DNA from: Laetmonice hystrix
Lineage: Eukaryota
Direction of reading: 5' to 3'
Length of the DNA: 64,000 nt
NCBI GenBank assembly: GCA_965235115.1
Contig: OZ249452.1
Span: 10,664,001 to 10,728,000 of the forward strand
Made by a program: the position numbers and the translations under genes. Numbering within the stretch: the first letter of the stretch is position 1; each line of letters begins with the position of its first letter. Positions 47,660 to 62,998 of this stretch are shown here, piece after piece. The notes under the pieces were generated by a model. That model saw only the letters and a list, made by a program, of their open reading frames with translations. It was not told where the DNA came from and searched no databases.

Positions 47660-49688
47660 CCCGAGACGAGGACACGCACGTCTCGGACAGCAAGTCTCAA
47701 TGAGAGAAGATGAGAGAGATTCTAATCAGTGATCTCCGAAGTTAGGCTTACCCATTGGATGTACGGATATTTTGGTGTCAAGGCCAGCGCCTACGGCCAC
47801 ATTACTGAACCAAGCTGTCCACGGAGTCGCAATCTTCACTTTCCATGACTTCTTCCATATGAAACGATCAGAATTTTAACTCCTTTTATAATGTCACATT
47901 TACCGGAGAGACTGTGCAGCAGTTTTAAAACTGCGAACGTCCTCGGGCTGCTCATAAAGAATCTGTTTTATCTGAGAGCAAATCGGTAGATTTCATGACG
48001 ATGCCAATTGTACGCCAATCAGCTCAGACGCTGCCGCCGCAGTGAGTCATCCTTCAGTCGAAGCCATTCTTCCTTCAACTCAACCCCCCACACATGCCAC
48101 CCCCAGCTGACGAGCATACCCCTGCCATGTCGCACCCTTCGTGACGGGGTGCGTTTGGGGAAAACAATGGTCGCTCGATGTTGAGAGTCAGAGGCAGCGA
48201 CAAAAACATCGAATAAACTCAAGGAGCATACAGCCTTGCTCCGCTAAAGGTTAGATTATTCCCTGATAAAAGTTACATTATTACAACATAATGCACTCTT
48301 AGTGACCGAGTAGGCCTTCTGACTCCACTGCAAGCAGTGAAGTCAGCCATCCCTATAAACACTCTAACAAAGACATCTGTCTTTTTTAAAGGTCTTCTTT
48401 TAAGAAGAACCATTTTGTTATTTACTATTTAGGGTGCCTTAAACATAAATATTCATAATAACTATGAGAGGAAAATGCTTTAGAAAAGGACGAAAGTAAG
48501 CCTAGGCATATATTGTAAAAGCATCCATATGTGTTAGACGCCTGATTTTGAAATCCTCAGTTTGATTTTAAATAACCCTTCAGTTCTGCCCTGCCGGCTT
48601 TAAACGTCCCCCTCCCAATCTCCAAATTCTGTCACACAGAAAGAGGCGGTAGACAAGGCATAGTTTTACCTGGAATCAGAATCCTGCACACGTCCTGTCG
48701 ATCCGCTCCGACTACCAACATCCTAACACAATATTTATGGAAATGAGCAAGCAGAGTCCTAACTCCTAGAATCGCCCATGAATTATTGAATATTGCGGAA
48801 GGTAAACAGCCCAAGGCAATGGACGCCAGACATGCATGAGGCCTCGGGTTTCTACTTCAGAATGAAGGGTGTAGGAGTTTACCCTGGTCTACATAACGTA
48901 AGGTCATGCAAATAACCCTAGATCTACCTCGAGTTGTTCCTGGAGTTCAACGGCGTTATGCGAAGGGGAGTTCAGCTTGTCAGCAACATTTCATCAGTCA
49001 CCACTACGTGAAACGTTTCCATTGATAGTTTGTGACGGGCATTATTGGATGAATGTGGAGAATCATAATAGTTGTACTAGAGAGTTAAACATTTCAAAGT
49101 GAACCCTTTTACATCCTGACAGTTCAAAGCGAAGGGATATACAATATGTAGTTAAATAAAACATTTATTTATTTGCGTATGGAATTTTAGGGACCTCGCC
49201 GCCTATGTTAATCCAATAGGTCATCATGAGACTGACAGTGTAAACTATGAAAAAATGTGTAATATTAATTGCTGCCTTGCAATGCCAACACCAGATTATG
49301 CCCGTACTCCTTGTTGGAGGAGTTACATACTTCAACTTCATTTTTCAACTTGACAGACGCCTGGCCCCATAACTCCCTGACACATGTAGGTCTACGCCAA
49401 CAAAATAATCCCGCGCATGACAACCAGAAATCAGAGCGCTGGTGGGACTATAATCACATCTCAATCTCTCTCCATGTTCACATCCCATTAACACTGCATA
49501 TTTCACTCGGCTAATTAGGAACAGCTAAATAATTAACGAATGCATCTACCTAATGCCCCCCATCCTGCATGGCAATGTCCGTGGCATGCAAAGATCATTA
49601 AACAATCTCAGAACATTGCCTGATTATGGCCATTAGTCGAGAAACCTGCTTTTCATTTAATGAACATAATGAAAATCATAGAGATCCA

Positions 49689-50207
49689 NNNNNNNNNNNN
49701 NNNNNNNNNNNNNNNNNNNNNNNNNNNNNNNNNNNNNNNNNNNNNNNNNNNNNNNNNNNNNNNNNNNNNNNNNNNNNNNNNNNNNNNNNNNNNNNNNNNN
49801 NNNNNNNNNNNNNNNNNNNNNNNNNNNNNNNNNNNNNNNNNNNNNNNNNNNNNNNNNNNNNNNNNNNNNNNNNNNNNNNNNNNNNNNNNNNNNNNNNNNN
49901 NNNNNNNNNNNNNNNNNNNNNNNNNNNNNNNNNNNNNNNNNNNNNNNNNNNNNNNNNNNNNNNNNNNNNNNNNNNNNNNNNNNNNNNNNNNNNNNNNNNN
50001 NNNNNNNNNNNNNNNNNNNNNNNNNNNNNNNNNNNNNNNNNNNNNNNNNNNNNNNNNNNNNNNNNNNNNNNNNNNNNNNNNNNNNNNNNNNNNNNNNNNN
50101 NNNNNNNNNNNNNNNNNNNNNNNNNNNNNNNNNNNNNNNNNNNNNNNNNNNNNNNNNNNNNNNNNNNNNNNNNNNNNNNNNNNNNNNNNNNNNNNNNNNN
50201 NNNNNNN
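49689..50207. other. Assembly gap (519 N)
   Basis: Run of N. Confidence 1.
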
Positions 50208-53200
50208 TCGTGAAAAAGAGGCATAACATAATTAAATGCGTATACCTTACAGTATTCCCCAATTTTCAAAGATTTTTTTTATAATATTAGTTTATTTTCT
50301 ATACAATGACACCCAATATGAGCGTTATTAATGTCTTGTTCACTGAACAGGATTTCCTGCCGGACCGCTAGTTATTAGTAAACGGATGGCAATCATGTTG
50401 TGAACAAAGGCAGTTACAGGGTTGGCAGATTAATGGTTGTACAACGCAGAGACCTTTGAGGGTTAGCCTGGATTTGACCCTGGATTATACGGGGTGAGCC
50501 GGTCGCTCCGGGTTACAGGTGAGAATTATGGGCGTGGGTAAGGGTTGACTGAAGTAGGAAGGGGTGGGTGGGGGAACAGCTATTATTCAGGACCTACTGG
50601 TGATAGCTGTTGCCATGGTAATCGTCTACAAATCATCCAGTTCCTGATGTTCAGGTCACAAGGTCAAACGTCATCCGTCGGTAACCATGGAAATTACGGC
50701 CTCGATCCCGTTTTAACGGAGGGGGAACCTTCGGAGACGGAAGAACAGGAGGGAATTTGTTCTTTCAATATTGGTCATATTAAAAATTGCTGAGATAACC
50801 GTGGAAAATGGAAAACAGGATTGTAAAGGGTTGACACATCAGATCGGTGCATGGTTAGATACGTACGTTCAGGTATGACAACGGTATTTTTCGTAGTGGA
50901 CGTTACTCTCATTACAAGTGTTACCAAATGATTATGTTTTACTCATTCAAGGTAGCATCTTTGGGCGGACAGGCTGGTCTTATATGCCTATACTTGCCAT
51001 TACATGCCGTTGTCACCTTCAATTTATATCCTGTCATTTAAGTTTCGTCATTCTTCATCCCTTTCTTGTCCGCCATTTAGGCATGCCTCATCCCTCGCTC
51101 ATCGTTCTAAGGTCTCAGATTACAAAATAAATATACGTCCGTTGAGTGTGCTAATCTAGCACACTCTGTCAAAAGAAAGTTTCTGCAGTTCTGACACAGG
51201 AGTATCTCTAAAATTACCAGGACTATCTCTAAAATGTAAACATGATCAGGAGAAATTATATCTACATGCCCATTTGAAGGCGTTTGAATTTCACAAATGG
51301 TGTCACTTTTCGTATACCGAGCACACCTGTAGTGTAACCTATTTTATCCTGACCCTGAATATTTTTTCCTGGTGACAATTGATTGTGATCAATTTTTCTT
51401 TCATCTTAACTCGATGAAATAATTAAAGGGGCCACGCAATTGACAACCAGGACCATGTCCCTACAGATTTCCCAACAGCTCCCTTGGGTGAGATGCCATT
51501 CGCATTCAGAAGCCGTCCCTGTTCAAAGGCCAGATGTTAGGACTGATCCCATTGGCTACGGCTCATGAATATTCATGTCGGGTGCGTGGCCCAACCTGCT
51601 GTTTGGGCATTCAGGTGGAGGACTAATTTCAAGCGTAGTGATCAAAGTCAAGGGTGGATAAAATCAGACGTGAAACGTGCCCGTGATTTGATGTGGGTAT
51701 CAATATTAATATTCCTTAAGCATGTCGGTAACGGACCTTCAGTATCCCACCCCACACAGTGCCGATACAATATAGGTTACTATGATTGACCGAGGATGGA
51801 TAAGAGAGCGTAAGTCTCGTGACCTAGTTATCAAAACGTTATGTTAACGAGCATCGGCTGCGATGCAGCGTCCGTTACGTCACAATTCCCCAATGGTTTA
51901 ACGTGAGGATGAATATTGGGCTTTCTTTGACAATTAAATACCTCTTATGTCTAAAATGTATTTTTTTCTAACTTAAGAGATGTTGTTTCTGATGTATAGT
52001 AAGGTTGATGAATAAAAGAACAATAATTGAGGCGTTATCACGGGTTGAAGTTGAGAGAAAGTTCTTCAATGGGCCTGGCAAGGCTAGATGACCGGAACCG
52101 GAATTTGCCTGTCGCCAGTTTGGGCCGCCAAACTGCAATTCACGTCGGGGAAACTCTCTTCTCTCTTTCCATTTAATGGAACAGTGGAAGTAAAATGGAA
52201 GTAAAGTGTTTATCAAATACTACAATGCTACCCTTCCACAACCAAGATTCTAGCCCCCCAGCCGTGAATCTTTTCCCCACATGAGCTCGGCACCAAAGCG
52301 GAGCTCATTTGCATTATGCCCGACCTTTAGCTATCCCTATCCCTGTCCCTAACTCTAACACATTTCAAAAAAATTGAGGGGGGGGGGGGGGCAACAAACA
52401 GAAGCTCGACATCTGATTGGTTGAGCTCCCGTCCCGAGCTCCTGTGGGGAAAACCTTTTGCTCCCCCGGCCCAAATGTATGTATGTATGTATAATTACAG
52501 CAATACAGTGAAATTGGCGCTGGTTTGTTTGCTGAGACAAGGTGACGATTTGTCAGTAGCCTTCTGTCTCCAGAGTTGTTTCAGGACTGAAATTGCGCTT
52601 CGCCTCAAAGGAGCCTAATGCTAGTAATAGATCTCGACTACTTGTCCTACATATTTGATAGGTCCTAAATTATGGAAGAATCCTGGCTCGGAACAGGGGC
52701 TTACATGTGAGCGCCGTGATTGACTGGCTACTTTAACAGTGCATTAGGTGGACCCGGTCCAGCGTGATCATGACAAATAATGTGAAGTCAGTTCCGGTCG
52801 TGGCCGCCTGGTGTCGCCACTGACAAACCAGTAATGGTTGTAAAACGCCGGGGAAGCAGGAATCACAACAGATTGGAACGCGGAATTTAATTGGTTGAAA
52901 TGTAGGTCACGTGATTAGTCACATGATTTACGGACGCAGGGTGACGAGCTATCGATTACTTGGTATAGGAACAGGTAGCTGTGACAAGTTGACTATTTAT
53001 TGTCAAAATGAGAAATTTACCAGGCGGAATTCAAAGCTTCGAAACCTTCCTGCTGTTTTCTCTACGTTTAGTTTGAACAAGATGTTCCGATAGGCTTTAT
53101 GATTCTCCTACATTTTACGGCACAATCAAAATTTGATCATCTGCAGTTTTTTGATTTCGGAGATATGTCAGACATTAGTTATCAATAAGATTTATCTTAG

Positions 53201-55157
53201 AAGTTATATTTCATATCACAATACACCATAATATATAATACACTAAATACCAATATGGTGTCTGTAATACAAATGTATATAATGGCTCGCAATAGAAAAC
53301 CTAAACCAATTCAACGCACAACGGCTGGGTATTACCAAGCGTTTTACATATTCACAAACCTTCTCTTATCAAATTCATGCTGCTGTTTATCAGAAAATGG
53401 GATTACTGATAACGAATTTAATATGTTTTTGGTTCTTGTTAACGGTGCTGATAGCATCGACTAGAGCGTCGCTATTCAATAAAAGGGTCAGAGTTGATAC
53501 AAAATGAGGATGACTCAAATCTGTTATCGAATATCGAATCAGAATGTACATCTACCCCCCCCCCCCGTGATGGCCTACTTAGGGGCCCCGGGACGCCAGA
53601 AGTCGTATTCAGGTCAATTAGATTACCCCACTGAATCTTAGATGTAAAATTCACATTTCAAAGGCAGATCACGTCAATGCAGGGTGCGTAGAGATAATTT
53701 GATTACTGACAATTCATATTAAATGCACAAAGCAATTATCAAAATGCACAAAACTTGTCTTTCTGTCACCAGCTTCACGTTGAGCAGGATGGTTCTCTGA
53801 AGGGATTAAAGATATTTTTAAAAACAGAAAGAAAATGAATGAAATATCAACATCTGTCTGAGGTCACTTTTATTAATTACAAACATGGTCTTTAAATGGG
53901 GCATTTTCCAATAAATGATCTTTTTAAATGAAATAAATTCAAACATCAGTGTGGTAGCGAATCTGACCAAATGCAAACGGGTGAAATTTTCATTTCCACT
54001 CAGATGCCTTTTCTCCTCTTAAAAACAAGGATGCACAGGATCTGCACATGCGACTTTTCAACAGATCTCCTTTTCATCACCATCTTTCTCGTTCCTGTCT
54101 ACTTTCTATTTAGATGCCGTTATAATCTGTCTTGTTTTCATGTTTACCTCCAATGGTCCAGGAAACGTCATCGTTCAAAACCCAGGCCCCAGTTTTTAGT
54201 TTGCAAACTCTGTTTTAAGATTCTTAAGCTTGAAATCTTGTTTCAGAACTTCTGATTGGTCCTTCAAATGAAGTCAGCCAATGAGAGACCATAACACAAG
54301 TCAGTCTTAAAATCCCAGTCTTAAGATTAATAAAATGACGAACTAAAAACCGAGCCCCGGGCCCGGTATTTCGAAACCTGAGATCTCGCTGGAGCCTAAT
54401 CTTAACGGTTCTGATTGGCTGATCGAAATTGGCCAGCCAATCAGCAGCGTTAAACTTAAACCAGAGCAAGAACAGGAAAGGCTAACTTTCTTATAAATCA
54501 AAAATTAGGTCATCATTGTACGGATGCAAACTACCAATGTAAGTTAACGTTGTTACTGGTGGTGGGGGTGGGGGTGGGGGTGGGGTGGTGGAGTTATTGG
54601 GTACAGGGGGTGGCTTGGGGTTAGAGGGTGCAGGCGATATAAGGGTGTTCAGACTGTAACGACGTCATCAGGCTACTGTAATCACCCCTATTGTTTGGGG
54701 TCAAGGGATCAATAGTAAGGTGTCCCCTGAGGTTGAATTATACTAATGACATTATAACAACTGCGATTCAATGCAAACTGCGCCAATTGGCCATGTGTTA
54801 GGATTGTCTCCGACAGTTTCCAATCGGTGTTGTTGTTGTTGTTGTCGTTGTTGTTGATGATAATGCTATTATGAGCCCAGCAATAAGATCAGATCCCCGA
54901 AGTGTTGCGATGATGACCCCAGTGCCATGGACGCGCTGCCATACAGAATGCAATGCACCTCAAGGAATGTCTGAGCCCAATCTTTTTAACTAGATGTCGA
55001 AACTTTGAAAGAAACTATTTGTTGTGTGGTCCGCCAATATATCGACCGTTTAGAAAAAGAAATGGATCAAGTACTCATTCAGTGTGGGGTCAATATGTGA
55101 CCTCTTGACCTGTGGTAGAGAGAACCAGGGGTCAGGAGCACACGCACAGACATACTA

Positions 55158-55332
55158 AGGCGATTTTCCTTGCCACGTCCATGCGATTCTGACACCTTTT
55201 ATTTTACCGTGATTTTGAGATTAGAGGACGGAACCCATTTCCTGGACCATGGAAGGTCAGCCAGGAAAAAATTCAGAGTGAAATTTCACCATTAAATCAA
55301 AAATCGCATGGCCGTCGCAAGGGAAATCGCCT
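55158..55332. mobile_element. 175-bp MITE, TA-flanked
   Basis: AGGCGATTTTCCTTGC / GCAAGGGAAATCGCCT inverted ends, TA on both sides. Confidence 0.65.
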
Positions 55333-58300
55333 TAATGGATCAGGCCCAAGTCAGTGCGAACGGGACAAGGTTGAGTCTCTTGTCATAAGACAGTTATTTC
55401 ATTAATGTCACTGTGCACACAAAGTCCTTCTTTCCTCACTTTAAGAAGTATCTAAATGGATAAATCACATCAATCTTAAATTGGTTTAAACTCTTTTATA
55501 TAAATAGTTCCTGTTATTGCCTTTGATAGTCAGGTTTTGAAAAATTTAGATTTTTTTTCATCCTGAATCACAGTGTAATGTATTATTAAAAGGAAAGTTA
55601 AACGCGATAATGGGTAGAAAGTATTGACTTATCTGAATAAAACGTCACAAGAATGTTACATTAAGCCATTTAAATGTTTTGTGTAACATTTCTCATACCT
55701 AACTGCGTTCAGGGTAAATGTTAGTGGGACCTGTTGGGTGTGCGCCTATATTCCCTCCCGTTCTGTCATAGCAACTTGTCCGGGTCACGTGACAATATTA
55801 GACCCTGCTTGTCATTCAGCGCCAGGACGACCCCAGCGCCCCCTAGGGGTCAATGAATCAAACCTGTATCGAACGAAAAGTCACGTGACATTATTTGCAA
55901 GCCCTCAGTTGAGAGCCTGTAAATCTATAGTAAGCCCTCAAGGCCCTCAACCCCCCCCCCCCCCATCCCTCACGTTTTCCGACCGTTCAGTCGTTATTTG
56001 ATGTACGTGCCACTTTGCCTGCCGCACTGCATCATGGGCTACATCGGTGTTTAGGGTACACATGTTTACCTTACGCATGTTGGGTGAGACTTTATTAATA
56101 CAAAGGGGTAACATTTGCTGAGTTGTTCTATTTTAAGCAATAATATCCTCAAACTTGATGTTTGAATCGACTTCATAATGACTGCAGTTTCGCGTTCCTT
56201 AATCAGCAGCAAATAAATGACATCAGCAAACAGCCTCAAATTTAATCCAAATAAAATAAGATGTCTCATACTGTGCCCTGAAGCAGCGAGAAAAGTGTGG
56301 CAACATCAACTTACTCCAGTAAGTTACTCCAGTCTGACTGCGTGCTTCTAGGGCAAGTCGAATTTCAGGTAATATGAGCCGATATAACAAACATAAAATG
56401 GGTTAAAAGAAACTGAATACTGTTTGGCTAACGTCGACATTCAACAAGCCGAACACTTGAAACCATGAAAGTAGACTATGAAAAATAAATGAGGCAATGA
56501 AAAATGAAGAGGCGTACATGGCCACACTCACGGAGAAGGGGGGTGGTAACGCGTTACCATTAGTCATCGTCTTCTAAACTGCATGAAATCCGATTCCCAG
56601 CTGGACCCCCCCCCCTCCGCGCTAAAAGAACCTGACGGGTTATGCTTCTCCACGTCACATGAGCTGAATTTAGATTATTTTCTGAAAATGATAAATGAAT
56701 GAGTTTTGGGATGTCATTAGGCAAGCATTCCACGGAACGTTTCAGTGTCGGCTGTTCGGAGGCTGGCTGTGTGGTGTTAGCGGCGGGGGAAGGGGGCAGC
56801 TGGACCCACAAAGATAGCACCGGACAAAAGGCATGTAATATCCCGGGGGACATCCCGGGTCAGCCCGACAACAAAGCGTGACCGCTCGCTGTCAAAGCTA
56901 AGCCGTGCGGATCTTAAAGCTGCATGAAATATTGCCATTCCGGCAATTATTACACCCTTCGTCTCTCCGTCATGCGCATTCCTAAAGATCACAAAAAGAC
57001 GCAGCCCTGTAGGTGATCGAGAATGTATGCCGCTATACAAGAAGATTCCGAGATCTCTGGTTCGGACCGACACAGACTGTCGGCGGGTTGCATTAGAGAG
57101 CGCCCCGGGACTGTGGGACGGAATGCGAGTAGTATTACGAAATGGGGCATTTCCTCAGGCAGTTCATCTAGTAGAGTACAGACTGGCGCGGTATGCTATC
57201 AGTATTCTACGGCATGGAGCTGTGAGTCTCGGGCCTGGACTAACCGGGGTGGGAGAGAATAATCCTGAGCGTATATCACTCAGGGTGAAGAGGGCGTCAA
57301 TACTGCAACCTCCACTCCGGTGGCTGGCTGTAACATTCATCATAACCCCCCCCCCCCCCCTCCGATAAAACAAACCCCTAGATATGGGGCAAACGCTACA
57401 GGCTGACATGGGTGGCAAGTACGGAGTCGCACCATCAAAAGATCGCTTCAAAATCAAGGTAATAAAGTTGATGGCCTTAAAATTCCAATAGAACTACTGA
57501 ATTCACTGGCCTGTTTTTTTTTCTGACTCGCTTGTAAAATGTTGTTGATTGTTCTAGTGAATCTAGAGGTTTCATTCACCAGTCTTAGTGAGCAGTCAGA
57601 AATATTTTTACTCATTAAAATCACATTAAACTGCGAATTCAAGCTGATCAAGTTCATTTAAAGTTAAAGCATGGCGTAGGTTTGTAATTCAATGATCTTT
57701 TAAATATTTAGTATACGAACCCCCTTTCTAATACGTTTCTAAGTTTAACGACGTCTCATTATATTAGTACGTTTGTGATATAATCCCAATTTACTTTCTC
57801 CAATTCGGTCCGAGCTACCCAACGTAAACAATTACAATCAGTGATATAGTCTCCCATTAGTATTACCGGTTTGGTACTAATCATGAACCTGGAAACTCTG
57901 ATTTTAAAAATATTTTGTGTTATTTTATGTGTGTGTGGTTTGTTTTTTGTGTGTGTTTTTTGTTGTTGGGTGGGAAGAGGTTGTTCCATTTATTTTGTCA
58001 AGATTTAATTCCGATGATAGATAGTATCCCGTTTTGTCTGTCCGGATGTTAGACCCACTTTAGAAGAAATACAGTACATGTTGGCGACTGTCAGAGTGTC
58101 GTCAGAATCCCCATGCAACTCCAAGATAAAAGAGCCTACGTTTGTTTCCTTCTTCAGTAATGTGTACCCAAATATTTGTCACTGGTGACCAATCAAATTG
58201 GAGCTGACCTTAAGTGCAGGGCTGACGGGGATTGCTGCGGGCCTGCCATCAATGGCGACCACCATGAATCGATTGTGACTTCCCCCAGCCAGGTGATGGT

Positions 58301-61267
58301 CTCGTTAAACATTGCCAGGGTGTGGTGGGGGAGGGAAATGGACGCGGAATGCCAGGGATTTCTGAGGATCAATGCCTTGGCCTGCAATGGAAACCCTCAT
58401 TTGGACTTGTAAATAAAGATGGGTTTGTGGGTCACGGGTTGATGGGCTCTTTGTCTAGCCGTCGGTTTGTGAGAATTTTATAGGTTTGTCGGCATTCCAA
58501 GTCTAATTTTCGGTTAAATGAACTATACAACCTCAAAAACGTAAAATCTAACAAAAGCAGAATGTACAGCAGTTGAAATACACAGTAAGAGGAGAAAAAA
58601 TATAAATGAGTGAAAATAAAATCACAAGATCAAAATAAACTCCAGATCCATCAAAATAATTTTCATTTACAAAATGTAGTACAGTAGTGTTATGGGCCAT
58701 TTTGATGTAAAGCCAGCATGATATTAAATGGGAGGTTCCACCCCAGGCGTGGTGTCATGTTTCACTGAATAAGACGCATTGTCGTAATAATACTAAATCA
58801 TTCACAAAATAGCACCCACGCCCCGAGTTATAATTTTGTCTCATAGGACATTGATTCCCTCTTTCTCTAGGCCCAATCGAGGTTGTTTTGCCAATAGCTC
58901 AATTATCCCTGAGACTCTAGACCCCTGGGGACAGTGTAGGGGTGGGGTGGAGTGGGGTCAATGGGTTGTTAGGGGTCAGGTGTGAGGCAGCGTCTGACCC
59001 TTGAGATGGTCATTATCAAAGCGCACGCTCTACAGACCATTGACCACTGGTCAACGTGACCTCTGATCCTTGACCTCAACTGACCAGGGAGATGGTCCAG
59101 GCATCCCTACCATGTCACTGCAACATGACAATGGTAATTACTGGGGACGGCTGTGGCTGGCATCTAGTGCATTGGTATATAGATTTATGTATAACTTACT
59201 CGTTAATCCGTGCTTTTTAATCCAATATTCTTCACAGTCCTCTTTCTGTAACATCCTCTATATGGTTCTCCATTTTATATATGATTGAGTAATCCTCATG
59301 TTTCACAGTCCGAACACACTTAAATTACCACCAAGACGTTTGGATTAACGAGGTTTGATACATAAGACAGATCTACCTTGACACAGTAATACGAGACATT
59401 TGACGCCGAACGTCCATTGTTACAGTTCCCAGGCCTGGCAGTGTGGCCACCGCCTGCCCCACAACCCCTTTAAGACCCAAGAAATCACAGATTTTCTCCA
59501 TCTTAAGCCACCGGTCTCTCCCCTCACCGTTACCATCGATACCCTGATAACCTTTGAACCCGATGACCCCCAATACTCATGCCCACTGAACATCGCCCCA
59601 CACACCGATATCATCAGACATCTGATAAGATTGCATAAATCAGCGTTGGCATCTATGGTTGCCATGGAAACCCAATATCCTCACACAAAGATGTGTTACG
59701 ATCGTTTGTCTGGTGACGTAGAAAGGCAGCGGACTGTCTGACCTCCTGGAGTTTCCAGATATCATCTCCAGAGAAACGTGCAATAATTTCAGAAAGAACA
59801 CAGAACTTTTCGTAATTCTACAATAAAGGTTTACACAAAGGCCTAAGTCACCATTGTGTAATAATATGTACTAATTTTATACTTTAATATTATATGCATG
59901 CTTATATTCACTGTTTACAGAAAACATTGAGGATAAAGAATAATTAAAATAATTTAACATTATATTGACCATTCATTGCAGATAGTTCATAATTATTGCG
60001 GAAAAAATACTTGTGCACTTTCAATGATATCTGACTGTATTACTGTCAGGAGGGCCGTAGCAACTTTTTATATGGAGCCCCAATGCATCTTAAACGTATT
60101 TTCTGGCAGTCTGGGTCTGGGTGGTGTTGGGTGGGTGAGGGGGGGGGGACTCTAACGTGTACACCATAACTGGCTAAGACGGCGCCGCTCGACATGTCGA
60201 CAGGCCATCAGTCATCAGGGCCTGCTGTCGCATAAGTAATCAGCGACAGACCAACCAGCCAGCGGCAGACCAACCAGCCAGTGGCATGACGGAAACATAT
60301 CACATACGCCGTCTTAAAGGGCCTCCTCACGGAATGCCATCATATGTCCCTTAAAGGGCCTCCTGTGGAATGGTCCCTTAAAGGGCTTCCTGCGGAATGG
60401 TATGTGTCCCTTAAAGGGCCTCCTGGCGGAATAGATTCATAATGTGCCTCCTGCGGAATGGAATCAAATGTCCCTTGAAGGGTGTCCCTTAAAGGGCCTC
60501 CTGTGGAATGGAATCAAATGTCCCTTAAAATACCGTTGTACCGTCTAGTCCAGAATAATTACGTCATAGCGGGCCCAATACCTTACGCCAATTTTAGGAG
60601 CCACTACTTTCAGAGACCCTTGTGAACCCTACCCTATTGGACCAACTGGGGATTTGCTCCAGTCCTTTGCCTCAACGAGAACTGACGAATGTATCCAGGA
60701 TGTGCCGAGTGACTTCCCTTTTGTAAATTTTAAAGTTAATATCCCCTTCAGTCATCCTTTAATTGTCAACCTGCCTTTCTTATCTCATATTAATCTGTGT
60801 CGGAAGTCCCTTCGCGTGTGACTTGCTCTAAGGCACTACTTGCTCTGTCAAACACTCTCGCTGATCAATGCAATAAAATAAACACCTAATTGATTTCGAC
60901 ATGCATGCATTAATTCTACTGAAATCGATCTCAATTACGGTCAACTTTTCAATATTCTACCAAGGAATGGCATACTTTCTGTCATGTTCTCAGATTAGGG
61001 CTGGAGAAACAGAAAATAATTCTTGGAAATGTAAAGTCCTCGTTGGATTAATCAGCATGCACGTTACATTCTGCTACAAATCCTTCAAATCGTCGGTCAC
61101 TCAGCGTGTAATTATATGGAACTCTGCTTTCGTTCCCGTTTTAGTTAATAAAATAGTTACGGTGGCCCATAGAGCACATGCGATTTATTTCATACTAGTT
61201 ACGAGTTTAAAAAATATGCAACAACAAATTAGTAAGGAATAACATCCTTTTCGTTCTTTCTCCTGCC

Positions 61268-61270
<3 letters not shown>

Positions 61271-61315
<45 letters not shown>
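61271..61315. repeat. (GA)n microsatellite
   Basis: Perfect GA run of ~22 units. Confidence 0.95.
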
Positions 61316-61318
<3 letters not shown>

Positions 61319-62998
61319 GTAAGCAAACAATGCCAGCTAACAGTGCCTCCAGCTCTGCGGTTGGCGCACACCATTACATTACATCTTACATAGCCTTACA
61401 CTCTTACATAGCCCCCAACCCGTCGCCGCGCCATCTTCTGGCCGCTAACAACATCAACGTCTGTCCGACAGTCCATTATCCCCTTACGTATCCTGCCGAC
61501 GTATCCAAGGCAACAACAGTGGAGGATTAGCTGGAATGACATCCCTCAAACCCATGGAAACATCCGTAAAACATTCAGAATTAGTCGGTGGGTTACTGCA
61601 GGAAATTTACATTGTTGGCAGAGGAAAGGCAGGTAGTGACTCTGAACATCTAATATATGAGTTTTACGTGCGTTTTACTGTGACTCCAGTTGAAAAGTCA
61701 CTTTCATGTTAAAGGAAGAGGTATTTTGGATACTGTGGAAAAAGACAGTATTAAAAAACCTGAAAAATGAAACTGCAGTTTCAACTTCAATGCATACCAC
61801 ATGGAAAAATCCAAAGAAATATTCCTCACATCATCTTCACTTTTTCAGGATTTTGGTAAAGGGGGTGGGGGTGGTTCAGGGGCAGAATTTGCCAAGTGAA
61901 GGGCGCTCAGCATTGGCAATTATTCAGAAAGTTGTTTCCATGGGGGAAACAGAAAGATTGGTTGCCAAGGGGGGAGGGGTCGAACCTTGTCCCTTGCGAC
62001 TTCATACCTTAACAACAGATGCTGTATTTAGCCGCGGACGGCTCCCAATGATTACAGCATCCTGTCACTTACGGACAGACCGCCAACTTATATTCTCGCT
62101 CCAAACATGGTTTAATAACAGGTGTCGACACTTTTGAAGAAAAGCCTGTCAACCATGTAGTCACTAGGGGGCGCTACATGTAACACTGTAATGAACGAAG
62201 TTAAACTAATTGTAATTATGAGCGTCCGACAAAAACAAAACACCATTTCAGCGATTAAAGACAAATGTGGCGATTAAAGAAAAGCTTTAACATGAATTAA
62301 TTCCATCGTTTTTTACTGGTGGGGGAGGGGAGGGTAAGTTGATGTAAGCCACAAGGCTGGCTGTGTGTTGGCGCCGAGAGGCTGGCTGATACCATCAAAA
62401 CGAGGCTGAACCCGGCCCGGGAGCCAGCTCGTGTTGACAAAAGGGACCGGTCTGTATTTGACCAGACATCTGACCCTTATTTGGTCTCGTGCATCTCCTG
62501 ATATGGTACGTGTGTACTGAATGGTAATGAACACTCCACAGTGTTTGTATTCGACAGAATTTGAGCAATACTTGAATGAGCCACAAAATTGTCTGCTCAG
62601 TCCGTGACTGCTGATCGGCCTGAGGGTGGAAATCCCGCCCTCTATTTGGTGTAACGAAGGACAGGGAGCCGGGGAGGCTGACCGGATGCAGTCTGGTACC
62701 ACGCTTTTATTGATCTGCCTGACGACGCGCGAGTAATGTCTGCTTTAAATAAAACCATTCTGTTGGATGGGAGACTTTGAATTACTTTGAATGTACAAAA
62801 GATCAATATACATTGTACTAATGAGGGAACTGCCAAAAACTTATGGGCCATTATTTTGAATTTGACTAGGCCTTATACAATAATATCTAGAATTATTTAC
62901 GGTCATAATCGTATTATTTATTTTTTTTCTCGTTCACTAAAATATTAATCCTGTTTTTGTTTTGTTTTGCGTCTTTGAATGTTTGCTATTGAGTGTTA

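Noticed and set aside
49626-50269. ORFs of ~190-200 aa
   Set aside because: Artefacts of the N gap.
56777-57457. Cluster of overlapping 80-113-aa ORFs in a GC-richer patch
   Set aside because: No recognisable motif or consistent splice structure; cannot be supported without a homology search.
58176-58412. Faint Ty3/gypsy-like GIDPQK..FPPP string on the minus strand
   Set aside because: Short, interrupted by stops, no other LTR-element motifs.
62313-62702. 129-aa minus-strand ORF with faint ZP-domain-like CGVFIT..Y..VRC pattern
   Set aside because: Too few conserved positions, no convincing flanking splice sites and no partner exons.
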